Below are positions 47,687-58,085 of a DNA stretch of 64,000 nucleotides, in pieces. The notes under the pieces are model-generated. The model saw nothing but the letters and a program-made list of their open reading frames with translations. It made no database searches and had not been told where the DNA came from. The number at the start of each line of letters is the position of its first letter. The first letter of the stretch is position 1. The position numbers were made by a program, and so were the translations under genes. This DNA comes from an uncultured Candidatus Saccharibacteria bacterium (lineage in GTDB: Bacteria > Patescibacteriota > Minisyncoccia > Phycocordibacterales > Zambryskibacteraceae). Location: assembly GCA_964357635.1 (NCBI GenBank), contig CAYHLZ010000001.1, forward strand, positions 133,166 to 197,165, read 5' to 3'.

Positions 47687-49105
47687 TTAAAGGTTTTGCA
47701 AGAAATCTATATCTCGCTGAAGTGCTGCCGCTCTTTCCATAACTTTATTGCCATAACTTAAGCCAACATTGGCTCTGCCATTGGTGTAGCAAGTTTTACC
47801 GGAATAATATCTACAAGCAGCGGTGCGTTCGTTGGTGTAGTCTCCTGTTGAAGCCCCTAAGTCACCAAGGAAAATTGCCGAAGCCATAATGGCGTCAGCT
47901 GGATTCCACGGGTCAGGAGTGTTACTTCCGGTGGCAGAGGCAATCTTTGAAACCATTAGGTTCCAAGTTGAAGGGATAAACTGTGCTGGGCCCATCGCTC
48001 CTCCATACCCGAAAGTACTGGAAACTGGGCATGATACTCGTGTCTCATGCGGGTCACGCCCAAGATCTTTCAAGATATTTTCAAGGAGTGGTAAATCTCT
48101 CGTTGGATGTATACCATTTGAAAATATTTTTCCCGAATTAACACTCTTTGTCTCACCACTACTGAGGCTTAGTATCACACAAGAACCAACATTGGCGCCC
48201 AAATTTGATTCTTGCTGAAGTATTGCCAATATAAATGCCGGTCTTACGCCAGTTTTTTGACTAGCTGCTTCGGCATATTGAAGTGCAGTACCGAACGGGA
48301 TGGCAACAGAGTCTCTCAAAGGAAAAAGAACTGCTCTAATTTGTGCTGCCTTAGCCTGTTTGTCTGCCAAGACTTGGGCATAAGTTTTTTCCTTGGTTTG
48401 GTTAATGGCAAGAAGAGTTTTCTTCTCCGCTTGGTTGACCTCTACCTCCTTTTTAGCCACCTCTATGGCTGCTTTCGCTGCTGACTCGGCTTCCTTTTTT
48501 TTATTCAATTCTTTTTTCTCTGCTTCTGTTTGCGTTTTGATACCGCGTAGTTCATCAAAGAGATCGGCTAGAGCCTTTTCTGTGGAAGCATAAGTATCTA
48601 TATCCACAAAGAATTCTGACAAGTTTTTATCAGAAAGCATTGCCTCAACCAGTGAGTAAGAGTTAATCTCATTAGTTTTGCGCAAAATGTCGGCAATAGC
48701 TTGTTTGCCCTTATTTAGGCGAGTATCTAAAACAGAGATTTCTTTCTGTTTTACCGCAATATCTTTTGTCAGGTTGGAGATGGCAATATTTTTACTTTTT
48801 ATATTGGCTTGGGCAGCGTTAATCTTGGCCGTCAGGGCCGCGATGTCTCTAGAAAACGAAGCGCTGTCTTGTTTAGTCTTATTTAAAATCTCTGTCCATT
48901 CGGCAATTTCTTTGTTACAGGCCTCTAGTTCCCTCTCAAGCTGTGCCCTATCTTTACCACCAATTTGATCTGTACAGGCAGCTTGGGCGTGAGCATTATT
49001 ATTTTGCACAGCAAAAAAGCCCAAAATTAGCAAAAGAGCAAAAACTACTTTAAATGAATTATTGTTTAGGAGCCTCTTTTTTCGCTTCAGTGGGTTTGGC
49101 TTCAT
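47687..49105 (-). CDS. Coiled-coil plus lytic murein transglycosylase domain protein
   Basis: AILQQES, GGAMGPAQFIPSTW, DPWNPADAI. Start uncertain; ATG 49105 overlaps rplY. Confidence 0.85.
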   Translation of the reverse strand: MKPNPLKRKKRLLNNNSFKVVFALLLILGFFAVQNNNAHAQAACTDQIGGKDRAQLERELEACNKEIAEWTEILNKTKQDSASFSRDIAALTAKINAAQANIKSKNIAISNLTKDIAVKQKEISVLDTRLNKGKQAIADILRKTNEINSYSLVEAMLSDKNLSEFFVDIDTYASTEKALADLFDELRGIKTQTEAEKKELNKKKEAESAAKAAIEVAKKEVEVNQAEKKTLLAINQTKEKTYAQVLADKQAKAAQIRAVLFPLRDSVAIPFGTALQYAEAASQKTGVRPAFILAILQQESNLGANVGSCVILSLSSGETKSVNSGKIFSNGIHPTRDLPLLENILKDLGRDPHETRVSCPVSSTFGYGGAMGPAQFIPSTWNLMVSKIASATGSNTPDPWNPADAIMASAIFLGDLGASTGDYTNERTAACRYYSGKTCYTNGRANVGLSYGNKVMERAAALQRDIDFLQNL

Positions 49106-49736
49106 TGGTTTCTTCTTCAGTTTCTTCTTTACCCTTCTTCTCAACCTCTATCTGTGATAGATCGACGTCTACAACCTCTTCTTCTTTCTCCTCACGTGGT
49201 GCTGCTACAAGGGCAACGACTTCTTCAGGATTTTCTTTCAGAGTAACACCATCCCCAAGTTTAATATCTTTGGCCAAAATTTGGTCCTCAAAAGTGGCAA
49301 GCGCACCAATGTCTATATTGATACCGTGAGGCAAATCCTTGGGCATTGCTTCTATTTTTACTTTATAGAGAACTTTGACCAATACCCCACCAAGATCTTT
49401 AATAGCTGGAGAAACTCCAGTGAATTCTATTGGCAACTCCACTTCTACCTTGTGACCCTTCTCAAAGACGTAAAAATCTGCGTGTCTCGGTGCGCCTGTA
49501 ACTGGGTCTAGGTCTACGTCTTGAATTAGGCTTTCTTTAATACCTTTTGGTGTTTCTAGGCTAACCACGCTGTATTCTCCGGCTTTCTTCCAGATTTTTA
49601 GAAACTCAACTTTAGGAATGGCTATCGCTGTAGATGCTTCTTTTTTACCATAAAAGACTGCGGGAACCTTTCCCGCAAGTCTTACCACCTCTGGTTTTGT
49701 ATGAATATCCCGTATTTCTGCCTTTAAAGTTAGCAT
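49059..49736 (-). CDS. rplY: 50S ribosomal protein L25/Ctc
   Basis: GKVPAVFYG, DPVTG.PRHADFY, C-terminal beta domain with acidic tail. Confidence 0.95.
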   Translation of the reverse strand: MLTLKAEIRDIHTKPEVVRLAGKVPAVFYGKKEASTAIAIPKVEFLKIWKKAGEYSVVSLETPKGIKESLIQDVDLDPVTGAPRHADFYVFEKGHKVEVELPIEFTGVSPAIKDLGGVLVKVLYKVKIEAMPKDLPHGINIDIGALATFEDQILAKDIKLGDGVTLKENPEEVVALVAAPREEKEEEVVDVDLSQIEVEKKGKEETEEETNEAKPTEAKKEAPKQ

Positions 49737-49783
49737 CCGCCCATTCTACTTTATTAGGACACGATATTCAAGACGTCTTTGCC

Positions 49784-50632
49784 TTACAATTTATTGAATA
49801 GTTTTAGTTTGTTTTCTATAACCGCCTCCATCTTTTTGACTCCCTCTGCCATAAATTTATAAGGAGCCACCTCTTCCGATTTGATTCCGATTTCTACTCC
49901 ACTTTTGTATGCCACTCGTATTTCTGTATTAATGTGAACAATCCTTATCCCCGCTTCTATTGCCTCACGAATGTCTTCGTCGCTATTACCTGATGCCCCA
50001 TGCAAAACCAAGGGAACACTGACAGCACTAGCTATTTCTCTAATGCGACCAATATTGAGTCGCGGTTCTCCCCCACGGACCATTCCATGAATATTGCCAA
50101 CCGATGGCGCGAATAAATCTATATCGGTTAACTCAACAAATTTCTTGGCATCTTCGGGTTTTGTCTGCGTTTCTTCCGAGACGCCTTCCGGCACACCCTC
50201 CAATATTTTCGACGATTGGCCAATGAATCCCAGTTCTGCCTCAACCAAAACCTTGTCACCCGTGCTTTTAGCATATTCAACACACTCTCTAGTCAAGCGA
50301 ACATTTTCTTCAAAAGACTTGTCGGCACGGTCTATGATAACCGAATCAAACCCAGCATCTATAGCTTTTTTAGCTTTCTCTACAGAATAAGTATGATCCG
50401 CGTTCAAAAAAACCATCAAGCCCTTTTCTCTCTCTACTCTTACTAGAGCAGCAACTTCTTCCAAACCGATAAAATCTCTTTCTCCTTCAGAAACCCCGAC
50501 AATTACCGGAACACCAAGCTTCTTTGCCACCCCGACGACAGCAGTAAATCCTTCCGAGTCGGAGACATTGAAGTGTCCAATAGCAACTCGCTTTTCTTTT
50601 GCCCACCCTAGAGCCTCTCGTAAATTTTTCAT
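49784..50632 (-). CDS. fba: Class II fructose-bisphosphate aldolase
   Basis: NADH, GFDSVIID, VEAELG, GNIHG, LVLHGASG, INTE. Confidence 0.92.
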   Translation of the reverse strand: MKNLREALGWAKEKRVAIGHFNVSDSEGFTAVVGVAKKLGVPVIVGVSEGERDFIGLEEVAALVRVEREKGLMVFLNADHTYSVEKAKKAIDAGFDSVIIDRADKSFEENVRLTRECVEYAKSTGDKVLVEAELGFIGQSSKILEGVPEGVSEETQTKPEDAKKFVELTDIDLFAPSVGNIHGMVRGGEPRLNIGRIREIASAVSVPLVLHGASGNSDEDIREAIEAGIRIVHINTEIRVAYKSGVEIGIKSEEVAPYKFMAEGVKKMEAVIENKLKLFNKL

Positions 50633-50663
50633 TGATTCAATTCTAACATGATATACTTTTTGT

Positions 50664-51647
50664 ATGCATGACTTCATCGCCATAGGAGATATGGTTACCG
50701 ATGCGTTTATCAAACTCAAGGATGCTAGTGTCCACTGTGACATTAACGAGGAGCACTGCACTATCACCATGGCTTTCGGTGAAAAGATTCCCTACGAATC
50801 AGTAGAGGTAGTTAGGGCGGTTGGTAACAGTGCCAATGCCGCTGTTTCTGCTTCAAGACTTGGGCTCTCTTCTGCCCTCGTCTCTAACATAGGAGATGAT
50901 GAAAACGGTAAGGATTGTCTCAAAAGTTTAAAGAAAGATAACGTTGGAACCGAATTTATCTCTATTCATAAAGGAAAAAAGACTAACTACCACTACGTTT
51001 TATGGTATGAGAGCGATAGAACTATTTTAATTAAACACGAAGAATATGATTATCACCTGCCAGAAATTAGTGAACCCAAATGGCTCTATTTGTCTTCTCT
51101 GGGAGATAAAACCTTGAACTTCCACCAAGAAATAATTGAGTGGGTTAAAAAACATCCAAATGTTTCTCTTGCATTCCAACCAGGAACTTTTCAGATAAAA
51201 CTGGGAGCAAGTGTTCTTAAGGATATTTATACTAGAGCAAACATATTCTTCTGTAATGTAGGTGAGGCAGAAAAAATTCTTGGACTTACAACACTGGGAG
51301 TAGAAGAGCTCTTGAAACGCATGCATGCTCTTGGTCCAAAGATTGTTGTTATTACCGATGGCCCCAAAGGCGCATACGCTTTTGATGGAGAAAAAATGTG
51401 GTTTCTCCCTGAATATCCGACACTGGATGCTCCTTTTGAGAGAACTGGGGCGGGTGATGCTTTTGCCTCCACCACTGTAGTTTCATTAGCTTTAGGAAAA
51501 GACCTTACAGAAGCACTTCGTTGGGGTGCAGTTAACGCCATGTCGGTAGTGAGCCAAGTGGGTGCACAAAAAGGCCTTTTAAAACTCGAAGATATTGAGA
51601 AATATCTTAAGGATGCTCCAGACTTTAAGGCAAAGTTACTTAAATAA
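50664..51647 (+). CDS. PfkB family carbohydrate kinase
   Basis: GNSANAAV..SRLG, VITDGPKGA, TGAGDAF. Confidence 0.92.
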   Translation: MHDFIAIGDMVTDAFIKLKDASVHCDINEEHCTITMAFGEKIPYESVEVVRAVGNSANAAVSASRLGLSSALVSNIGDDENGKDCLKSLKKDNVGTEFISIHKGKKTNYHYVLWYESDRTILIKHEEYDYHLPEISEPKWLYLSSLGDKTLNFHQEIIEWVKKHPNVSLAFQPGTFQIKLGASVLKDIYTRANIFFCNVGEAEKILGLTTLGVEELLKRMHALGPKIVVITDGPKGAYAFDGEKMWFLPEYPTLDAPFERTGAGDAFASTTVVSLALGKDLTEALRWGAVNAMSVVSQVGAQKGLLKLEDIEKYLKDAPDFKAKLLK

Positions 51648-51649
51648 AT

Positions 51650-52636
51650 TTATCGTTTCAGGATTTTATTTACTGCTTTCAAAATATCCTTAGTACCCAT
51701 ATTGTAGTGTTCTATGAGCTCATCTGGTGTGCCTGACTGACCAAACTGGTCATCTACCCCAATAAATTCTATAGGTACTGGAAAATTTTTCGCCAAGCAT
51801 TCGGAGACAGCACTACCCATTCCCCCTCTAATTTGGTGCTCTTCAACAGTCACAATTCTTTCTGTTGTTTTTGCAAGTGAAATTAAGGCTTTTTCATCTA
51901 AAGGTTTTATTGTCGCCAAATTCATCACCAAACTTTCTATACCAGACTTCTCAAGTTCTTTAGCAGCCTCTAATGCCTTATATAAGAGAGCCCCTGTCGC
52001 AACAATACCAACTTTAGGATTCTCACTCTGCCAGAAAATTTGTGCTTCACCTATTTTAAAAGGTGTTTTCTCCGTCGTCATAATAGGAGTTTTTTCTCTA
52101 GCCAAGCGTAGGTAAACTGGTGTACCAGTTTCTACACTTGCTAAAGTTGCCTTCTTTGCCTCTATAGCATCACAGGGGGAAATAACTACCATACGCGGGA
52201 TGACACGGGTAATGGCAATGTCTTCTATGGCTTGATGTGTGCCTCCGTCTGGTCCGACAGAGACGCCTGCGTGTGAACCAACAATTTTTACAGGTCTGTT
52301 GTTGTAGCAAATCGTAGTACGAATTTGTTCCCAATTTCTCCCAGGAGAAAACATGGCGTAAGAACTTATAAAAGGGATTTTACCCATGGCTGCTAAACCA
52401 CTTGCGACACTAGCCAGATTTTGCTCCGCCACACCTATTTGGATAAATCTGTTAGGAAACTTATCTGCAAAAAGATTCATTTTGGTGGATTCTGTTAAAT
52501 CGGCACAGAGCCCAACTACATTCAAGTTCTTCTCCCCTGCTTCCAGAAGCCCTTCGCCGAAACCTTGGCGAATCGGTAATTGCTCGACATTTTTGTCAAA
52601 CAATTTTGTATTCAGTTTTAATTCTGGGTTTAACAT
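51650..52636 (-). CDS. Transketolase, C-terminal subunit
   Basis: GVAEQN, GPDGGTHQ, PVYLRL, TVEEH..GGMG. Confidence 0.93.
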   Translation of the reverse strand: MLNPELKLNTKLFDKNVEQLPIRQGFGEGLLEAGEKNLNVVGLCADLTESTKMNLFADKFPNRFIQIGVAEQNLASVASGLAAMGKIPFISSYAMFSPGRNWEQIRTTICYNNRPVKIVGSHAGVSVGPDGGTHQAIEDIAITRVIPRMVVISPCDAIEAKKATLASVETGTPVYLRLAREKTPIMTTEKTPFKIGEAQIFWQSENPKVGIVATGALLYKALEAAKELEKSGIESLVMNLATIKPLDEKALISLAKTTERIVTVEEHQIRGGMGSAVSECLAKNFPVPIEFIGVDDQFGQSGTPDELIEHYNMGTKDILKAVNKILKR

Positions 52637-52658
52637 TATTTATAGTGAGTTAGTCGAA

Positions 52659-53552
52659 CTATTGATGTTCGCTTCTTATTTTCCCGCCGAGAGTGCGTAG
52701 TTCTCCCAGCGCCACCTCTCCCTGTTTATCAGCGGGTACCTTGTCAGTCGGACCCTTACCTGGTGGATTACCGTGCCAGCGATAGTCGCGCTCAAATTCT
52801 GGCACACCCTTGCCAGCAATGGTGTGGGCGATAATGACCGTAGGTTTACCAAACACTGCTCTCGCCTTTTCAAAAGCATCTGCAATTTCTTCAATATTGT
52901 GACCATCAATTTCAATAACATGCCAATTCCATGCAAGCCACTTGTTTGAAAGTGATTCAAGAGGCATCACGGTTTCTGTGTAGCCATCAATCTGAATATT
53001 GTTTCTATCTATGACAGCAGTTAGATTCTGAAGTTTTTCTTTACCTGCAAGCATCGCTGCTTCCCAAGTCTGCCCAGATTCCAGTTCGCCATCAGAAAGG
53101 AGGGCATAAATGCGCCTATCGCTTGTCAGACCATGGTCAATCTTGTCAGAGAGTGCCATACCAACCGCCTGAGAAAGTCCAGAAGCCAGTGGCCCAGAAC
53201 TTGTCTCTAAGCTAGGCAAGAAGTCTCTGTGCGGATGTCCTTGGAGGCGTGAGCCAAATTTACGAAGAGTTTTGAGTTCTGCTATGGGGAAATAACCCGC
53301 ATGAGCCATTGTTGAATAAAGCACAGGGCAGATATGCCCGTTTGAGAGGACAACCCTGTCTCGTTCTGGCCAGTCAGGTTTTTTGGGATTATGTTTAAGG
53401 GTGTGGAAGAATAGAACCGTAAAGATGTCGGCCATATCAAGCGGTCCTGCGGTGTGTCCAGAGCCAGCAACAATGAGCGCCTCAATAAGTGAGATTCTTA
53501 TATTGTTTGCTTTTTCCTTGAGCTCAACTAATTTTTCGTCAGTGATTTCCAT
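52659..53552 (-). CDS. Transketolase, N-terminal subunit
   Basis: SGH, DRVVLSNGH, LQGHP, SDGELESG..WEA, HTIAGKG. Confidence 0.93.
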   Translation of the reverse strand: MEITDEKLVELKEKANNIRISLIEALIVAGSGHTAGPLDMADIFTVLFFHTLKHNPKKPDWPERDRVVLSNGHICPVLYSTMAHAGYFPIAELKTLRKFGSRLQGHPHRDFLPSLETSSGPLASGLSQAVGMALSDKIDHGLTSDRRIYALLSDGELESGQTWEAAMLAGKEKLQNLTAVIDRNNIQIDGYTETVMPLESLSNKWLAWNWHVIEIDGHNIEEIADAFEKARAVFGKPTVIIAHTIAGKGVPEFERDYRWHGNPPGKGPTDKVPADKQGEVALGELRTLGGKIRSEHQ

Positions 53553-54085
53553 AAATCTTTGAAACCTGATCCAACAACAAACCTGTCTACCCCCACCTGT
53601 TTTAATTTCTCAAAATTGGTCACATTGACTCCCCCATCAACACTTATGACAAGTGTCGGAAACTTTTCTCGAACTATCTTAATTCTATCAAAAATTCTTT
53701 CATCTAAGGGATTTCCTTGTTTGCCAATAGTAGCGATACTCATAAGGTGTAAAAAATCTATTTTTGAAACGAACGGAAAAACTTTTTCTAAAGGCACGTG
53801 TAGTTCCACCGCCAAACCTATCTCAACCCTGCCTCTAAAAGAGTTAATCTTGTCATTGAGCTCATGAACAATTATTTTTGTGGCACCTCTCTTTATCCAA
53901 GTTTCTACAATTTCTTCTGGATGAGAAACCATTAAATGTGCTTCAAAGTTGAGATTTGTTTCTGTCCAAATATCTTTTTTGAGAACATCTATGTGTACCA
54001 ACTTAAATTCAGATGGTATCTCTTTCAACTTCAAACTAAGGTCGCTTTCGTTTTCGGCTAAGATTGCCGGTATTACTTCAATCAT
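53528..54085 (-). CDS. rpe: Ribulose-phosphate 3-epimerase
   Basis: IPAIL, HIDV, EAHLMV, VDGGVN, VVGS. Confidence 0.88.
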   Translation of the reverse strand: MIEVIPAILAENESDLSLKLKEIPSEFKLVHIDVLKKDIWTETNLNFEAHLMVSHPEEIVETWIKRGATKIIVHELNDKINSFRGRVEIGLAVELHVPLEKVFPFVSKIDFLHLMSIATIGKQGNPLDERIFDRIKIVREKFPTLVISVDGGVNVTNFEKLKQVGVDRFVVGSGFKDLWKSLTKN

Positions 54086-54554
54086 GAATACGAGCCATTT
54101 TAGAAAGACGTCTCCTGTGTCGTTCGTTACCAACAAAATCTGTATTCAACCATTCAAAAACAGCTTTCTTCATTTCTTCTTCTGTTATAAAACGCGCGCC
54201 GAGCGATAAGATATTTGCATCATTGTGCTCTCTTGAAAGTTTTATGATGGACTCATCTTCTTCTTCAACTACACAATGTCCTTGTCCGTAATAAACGGCA
54301 GCACGAACATCGCTAAATTTGTTGGCGGCCATAGCCTCTCCTTGACCAGAACCACCAAAGATAATGCCTTTCAATTCATTTGGTCTTTGTGATATATCTC
54401 GTGCCAAGGGAATGATGAAGTCCGGATAATCGTCTTCCTCATTGTATTCAAAGGCACCCTTATCTTCAACCTCATAGCCAAGTTCTTGAAGGTAAGTGAT
54501 TAACTTTTCCTTTAATCCAAACCCAGCATGATCACTACCAACAAGTATTTTCAT
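54078..54554 (-). CDS. rpiB: Ribose-5-phosphate isomerase B
   Basis: GSDHAG, DDYPD, GGSGQGE, REHNDANILSLG, RHRRR. Confidence 0.93.
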   Translation of the reverse strand: MKILVGSDHAGFGLKEKLITYLQELGYEVEDKGAFEYNEEDDYPDFIIPLARDISQRPNELKGIIFGGSGQGEAMAANKFSDVRAAVYYGQGHCVVEEEDESIIKLSREHNDANILSLGARFITEEEMKKAVFEWLNTDFVGNERHRRRLSKMARIHD

Positions 54555-54555
54555 A

Positions 54556-55584
54556 TTACTTTTTAATGTGACTTCCTAATTTAATAACATGGTCTAAGAG
54601 GGTGTAGCAGTATCCCATTTCATTGTCATACCAAGCCAAAACTTTTACCAAATTACCACCCACTACACGAGTAAGACTAAGATCGGCAATAGAACCATAA
54701 GGACTGCCAAGGATGTCGGAGGAAACAAGCTCTTCTTCTGTGGCAGTAAATATCCCTTGCCACCTCTTATCAAGCGCTGCTTTTCTTAAAATATTGTTTA
54801 CTTCTTCTCTGTCTGTCTTTCTCTTGGATATAAAAGTTATATCAACGAGTGAACCGCTCACTATAGGAACTCTAAGAGCAATACCATCAAAGAGTCCTTG
54901 AAGTTTGGTAAAAGCTTTTGTCACCGCAATAGCCGCCCCTGTTGAAGATGGCACAATGTTTTGTGCTGCAGCCCGTCCTTCTCTGAAACCTCTTTTTGAC
55001 GGTCCATCTACCAATCCTTGAGAGGCGGTATAACCGTGAGTAGTGTTTAAAACCGCTTTCTCAACACCTATTGCTTCATCAAGAATGGCTATCAAAGGAC
55101 TTCCGGCGTTAGTGGTGCAAGAAGCATTTGAGGTGATAAGGCAAGTTGAAAGTCTTTCTTCATTAATCCCCATAAGGATAGTGCCACCTTCAATGGAAGC
55201 ATCTGGGTCATCTTTCATTGGTGCTGTAACCACCACTCTCTTCGCGCCAGCGTCTAAATGAGCTTTGGCGCTCTGGAAACTGGTAAAGAATCCTGTGGAC
55301 TCAACCACCACATCTATATCCAGTTTTTTCCAAGGTAGAAGCGCAGGGTCCTTTTCGGAGATAAATTTCACCTCCTTTTTATCCACCATGAGTTTGCCGT
55401 CCTTCACGAGAACTTCAAAATTACTTTTACCGTAAACAGTGTCAAACTTCAGTAGATAAGCAATATTAGAAATATCACCCAAGTCGTTTATAACCACTAT
55501 TTCAAGCTCCTTGTGTTCCCGAGCCAATTTAAAGAAAGCTCTGCCGATTCTCCCCGCTCCATTTATCGCTACTCTTATTGCCAT
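54556..55584 (-). CDS. gap: Glyceraldehyde-3-phosphate dehydrogenase
   Basis: INGAGRIGR, SNASCTTN, PSSTGAA, WYDNE. Confidence 0.96.
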   Translation of the reverse strand: MAIRVAINGAGRIGRAFFKLAREHKELEIVVINDLGDISNIAYLLKFDTVYGKSNFEVLVKDGKLMVDKKEVKFISEKDPALLPWKKLDIDVVVESTGFFTSFQSAKAHLDAGAKRVVVTAPMKDDPDASIEGGTILMGINEERLSTCLITSNASCTTNAGSPLIAILDEAIGVEKAVLNTTHGYTASQGLVDGPSKRGFREGRAAAQNIVPSSTGAAIAVTKAFTKLQGLFDGIALRVPIVSGSLVDITFISKRKTDREEVNNILRKAALDKRWQGIFTATEEELVSSDILGSPYGSIADLSLTRVVGGNLVKVLAWYDNEMGYCYTLLDHVIKLGSHIKK

Positions 55585-55591
55585 TTGACTA

Positions 55592-56032
55592 TTATTGTAC
55601 CACAGCACCTATGTCAATACGATATTTGTTGGCTGACCCGGAAGCTAGTTCAAGCACATATTTTGCCGGCACGCTGGGGTAAAAAACATTTGGATAAGTT
55701 TCTGGCTCTACCGCCCTTTCTACGTGCACTACTTGGCCGTTTTCACTAATCCAGATTATATCTATCGCAAACTTCATATCTTTCATCCAGAAACCATGGG
55801 TATCCGAAGTATTAAAGATAAAAAACATACCCTCTTTGTCCCCAAGACTCGGTTTTCCAGATAATCCTTGCTGTCGAGTTTCTGCTGTATCCGCAAGTTC
55901 TACTTGAAAACTTATATCGTTTATCTTTACGACTTCGCCCACCTTATCCATGTTTACTGGTCTGTTCCATAAGAGATAAACAGAACCAAATATTACTAGG
56001 AGACCTAAAAGGAGGAAGAAAAAATTTTTCAT
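55592..56032 (-). CDS. DUF192 domain protein
   Basis: VELADT..RQQGL, GMFFIF, FWMKDM, YVLEL. Confidence 0.9.
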   Translation of the reverse strand: MKNFFFLLLGLLVIFGSVYLLWNRPVNMDKVGEVVKINDISFQVELADTAETRQQGLSGKPSLGDKEGMFFIFNTSDTHGFWMKDMKFAIDIIWISENGQVVHVERAVEPETYPNVFYPSVPAKYVLELASGSANKYRIDIGAVVQ

Positions 56033-56047
56033 GCTCTAAATTATAAC

Positions 56048-56073
56048 AAAAAACCCGCTTGCGCGGGATTTTT
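56048..56073. terminator. Bidirectional terminator-like hairpin after the RRM gene
   Basis: AAAAAACCCGC-TTGC-GCGGGATTTTT. Confidence 0.65.
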
Positions 56074-56100
56074 GATTCACTCCGTTTGAAACGGGGTTAC

Positions 56101-56379
56101 TTACATTGGTCTGCGGTCGTTGTTGCGAGGTTCAAGCGGGCGAGCAACGTTTACAGTCAATTTTCTTCCTTCGAAGTCTTGACCATTAAACATGTTGATA
56201 GCTGCTTGAGCTTCTTTGTCGTTTGACATTTCAACGAATCCGAAACCCTTGCTTCTGCCGGTCATGCGATCAATTATGATTGATGCAGAGGAGACAGCTC
56301 CTGCTTTAGCGAAAAGATCACTAAGAGCAGCTTCTGTCGTAGAATATGGAATTCCACCGACGTATAGCTTTGTTGACAT
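56101..56379 (-). CDS. RRM RNA-binding protein
   Basis: RNP2 (LYVGGI) and RNP1 (KGFGFVEM). Confidence 0.95.
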   Translation of the reverse strand: MSTKLYVGGIPYSTTEAALSDLFAKAGAVSSASIIIDRMTGRSKGFGFVEMSNDKEAQAAINMFNGQDFEGRKLTVNVARPLEPRNNDRRPM

Positions 56380-56490
56380 TTTATTTGCGCCGACATTATT
56401 TTAACCATGTAAGTGTCGGTCCCATCTCATTTCGCGCTCTCTTTCGGTTCTACCTAAAGTAACCTCTCAACGAGAACCTTACATACCACC

Positions 56491-56519
56491 ATTATAGTCT
56501 ATAGTCAAACTTATGTCAA
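56491..56519 (-). promoter_or_regulatory. Consensus sigma70 promoter of the RRM gene
   Basis: TTGACA-17 bp-TATAAT. Confidence 0.8.
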
Positions 56520-57305
56520 GCCACCCCTCTTTTCCCAGTTTAAGATTTTCTTTGCCAGCTTGTAGCGCACACTCGGAGTCCAGTCTCTAAGCATATAATT
56601 CTTGCCGACTGATGGATCTTGAGCAATTCTTGGCAGATTTCCACCTTTATAAAGTTTCTGTATGATCTCAAGATATAGTTCTTTTGCCTTTTTATTTAAT
56701 TCTAGAAAAAGATCTCTCGGCCTCTTTGAGATGTCGGCACTCAAAGTTTCAATAACATCACCAGTGTCCACCCCCTCTTTTACGTAGTGGATGGTAGCAC
56801 CCAAACGGTTTGGCTCGTCATTGATTAAGGCATATTGATTTGCCACTGAACCACGATAATACGGACATAAACCCATATGTAGATTTAGCACCTTCTCTGC
56901 CGTGGCAAGAATATCCTTTTTAAGAATAGTATTTCCCCAAACAACAAGAATTTTTGGTTTTATTTTCTTGAGGATTTCTAGAACCTCTGGGCTATTTACA
57001 GAAGAGACTTCTATAGTTTTTGTTAGATATGTTTTCTCTGTTTCCACATCTCCAAAATTTCTGAAATATTCCAAAACCTTTTGCGCCGGTTTATTGAATC
57101 TCAAAAGTAGCGCGTAAAAAAGTTCTCTTGGTAAAGCAGGTAGTCCAACAGCTCTTTTAAGTCGCCCAATACTCTCAGTAAAAGATTCGTTAAAAATTTT
57201 AGACTTCTGAATTATTACAAGTTCTACGCACCCAGTTTTTTTATGGAGAGAGTTTGCAAAATCACGCCTCTCCCCTCCTGGTATCGTGATAACGACAATA
57301 CTCAT
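56511..57305 (-). CDS. Formyltransferase domain protein
   Basis: LNLHMGLCPYYRG, GATIHYV..GVDTG. Confidence 0.85.
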   Translation of the reverse strand: MSIVVITIPGGERRDFANSLHKKTGCVELVIIQKSKIFNESFTESIGRLKRAVGLPALPRELFYALLLRFNKPAQKVLEYFRNFGDVETEKTYLTKTIEVSSVNSPEVLEILKKIKPKILVVWGNTILKKDILATAEKVLNLHMGLCPYYRGSVANQYALINDEPNRLGATIHYVKEGVDTGDVIETLSADISKRPRDLFLELNKKAKELYLEIIQKLYKGGNLPRIAQDPSVGKNYMLRDWTPSVRYKLAKKILNWEKRGGLT

Positions 57306-57523
57306 GAGTGATGATTTTTACTAGTAGCTTTCTTCCCCCAGTGCTTAAGTTTATTCCAAACACGAGCTCTAACCCCAAGCATTTCTAATCCTAGTATCAA
57401 AAGAAAACCTACTGGCGTAAACGGAGTAATGATAGAAAGAAGGCCGACAATGATAAGAGTAGTGCCTGTTGCTCTTATCAATTTAGGACTCTCGGCCCAA
57501 TACTTCTTTAGACGACCTTTCAT
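57302..57523 (-). CDS. Small membrane protein
   Basis: Two TM segments with a TPFTPVG turn. Confidence 0.65.
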   Translation of the reverse strand: MKGRLKKYWAESPKLIRATGTTLIIVGLLSIITPFTPVGFLLILGLEMLGVRARVWNKLKHWGKKATSKNHHS

Positions 57524-57574
57524 AACTTTAATTGTAGCAATTTTATCTCTGTACTAAAAACTTTTTAAGGAAAA

Positions 57575-57600
57575 GGCGCCCAGTTTGGTGTCTGGGCGCC
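57575..57600 (-). terminator. Terminator hairpin
   Basis: GGCGCCCAG/CTGGGCGCC stem with T tract on the minus strand. Confidence 0.7.
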
Positions 57601-57625
57601 CCTGTGTTCTGGACGAAAAAAGGAT

Positions 57626-57931
57626 TTAACCTTTGCGCCCGGCGTAGATGCGTCCGCTCCCGTTGGGGCCGCCAGGGATGACATAGATCCAGTAGAATTC
57701 CAGCGCTTTTTCGGGGGTGGTTTTGTAATAGGCTGCGACCACCCTCAAAGCAAAGTCTCTTGTGGCATCTGAATCTCCATAGTGATGGCCTTCATTATTG
57801 TAGGCATCACCGACGAAGCTCGGCATCTGTTCCCAGCTTTCATCAAGTTCAGGAATCTGCCCAACATTGAATATTGGAACAGTAAGTGGAGAGATTTCCC
57901 GTCTTTCTCCGTTGGTGGGCTTTTCAAACAT
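57626..57931 (-). CDS. Hypothetical protein (stand-alone cassette)
   Basis: SD AAGGAG before ATG 57931; upstream TTGACT; own terminator. Confidence 0.6.
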   Translation of the reverse strand: MFEKPTNGERREISPLTVPIFNVGQIPELDESWEQMPSFVGDAYNNEGHHYGDSDATRDFALRVVAAYYKTTPEKALEFYWIYVIPGGPNGSGRIYAGRKG

Positions 57932-58085
57932 TTCTTTCTCCTTAGGGTTCGGGTGTCTCACTAATATATAGCACAAAATTTACTTAGAGTCAATTTAGAA
58001 TTTATTTAAAAATGTTCATTGACAAAGATGTCTCTTTGCGGAGAATACAAAAAGGAACAGGCTTAACTGAACAAGGGAGACAGCC

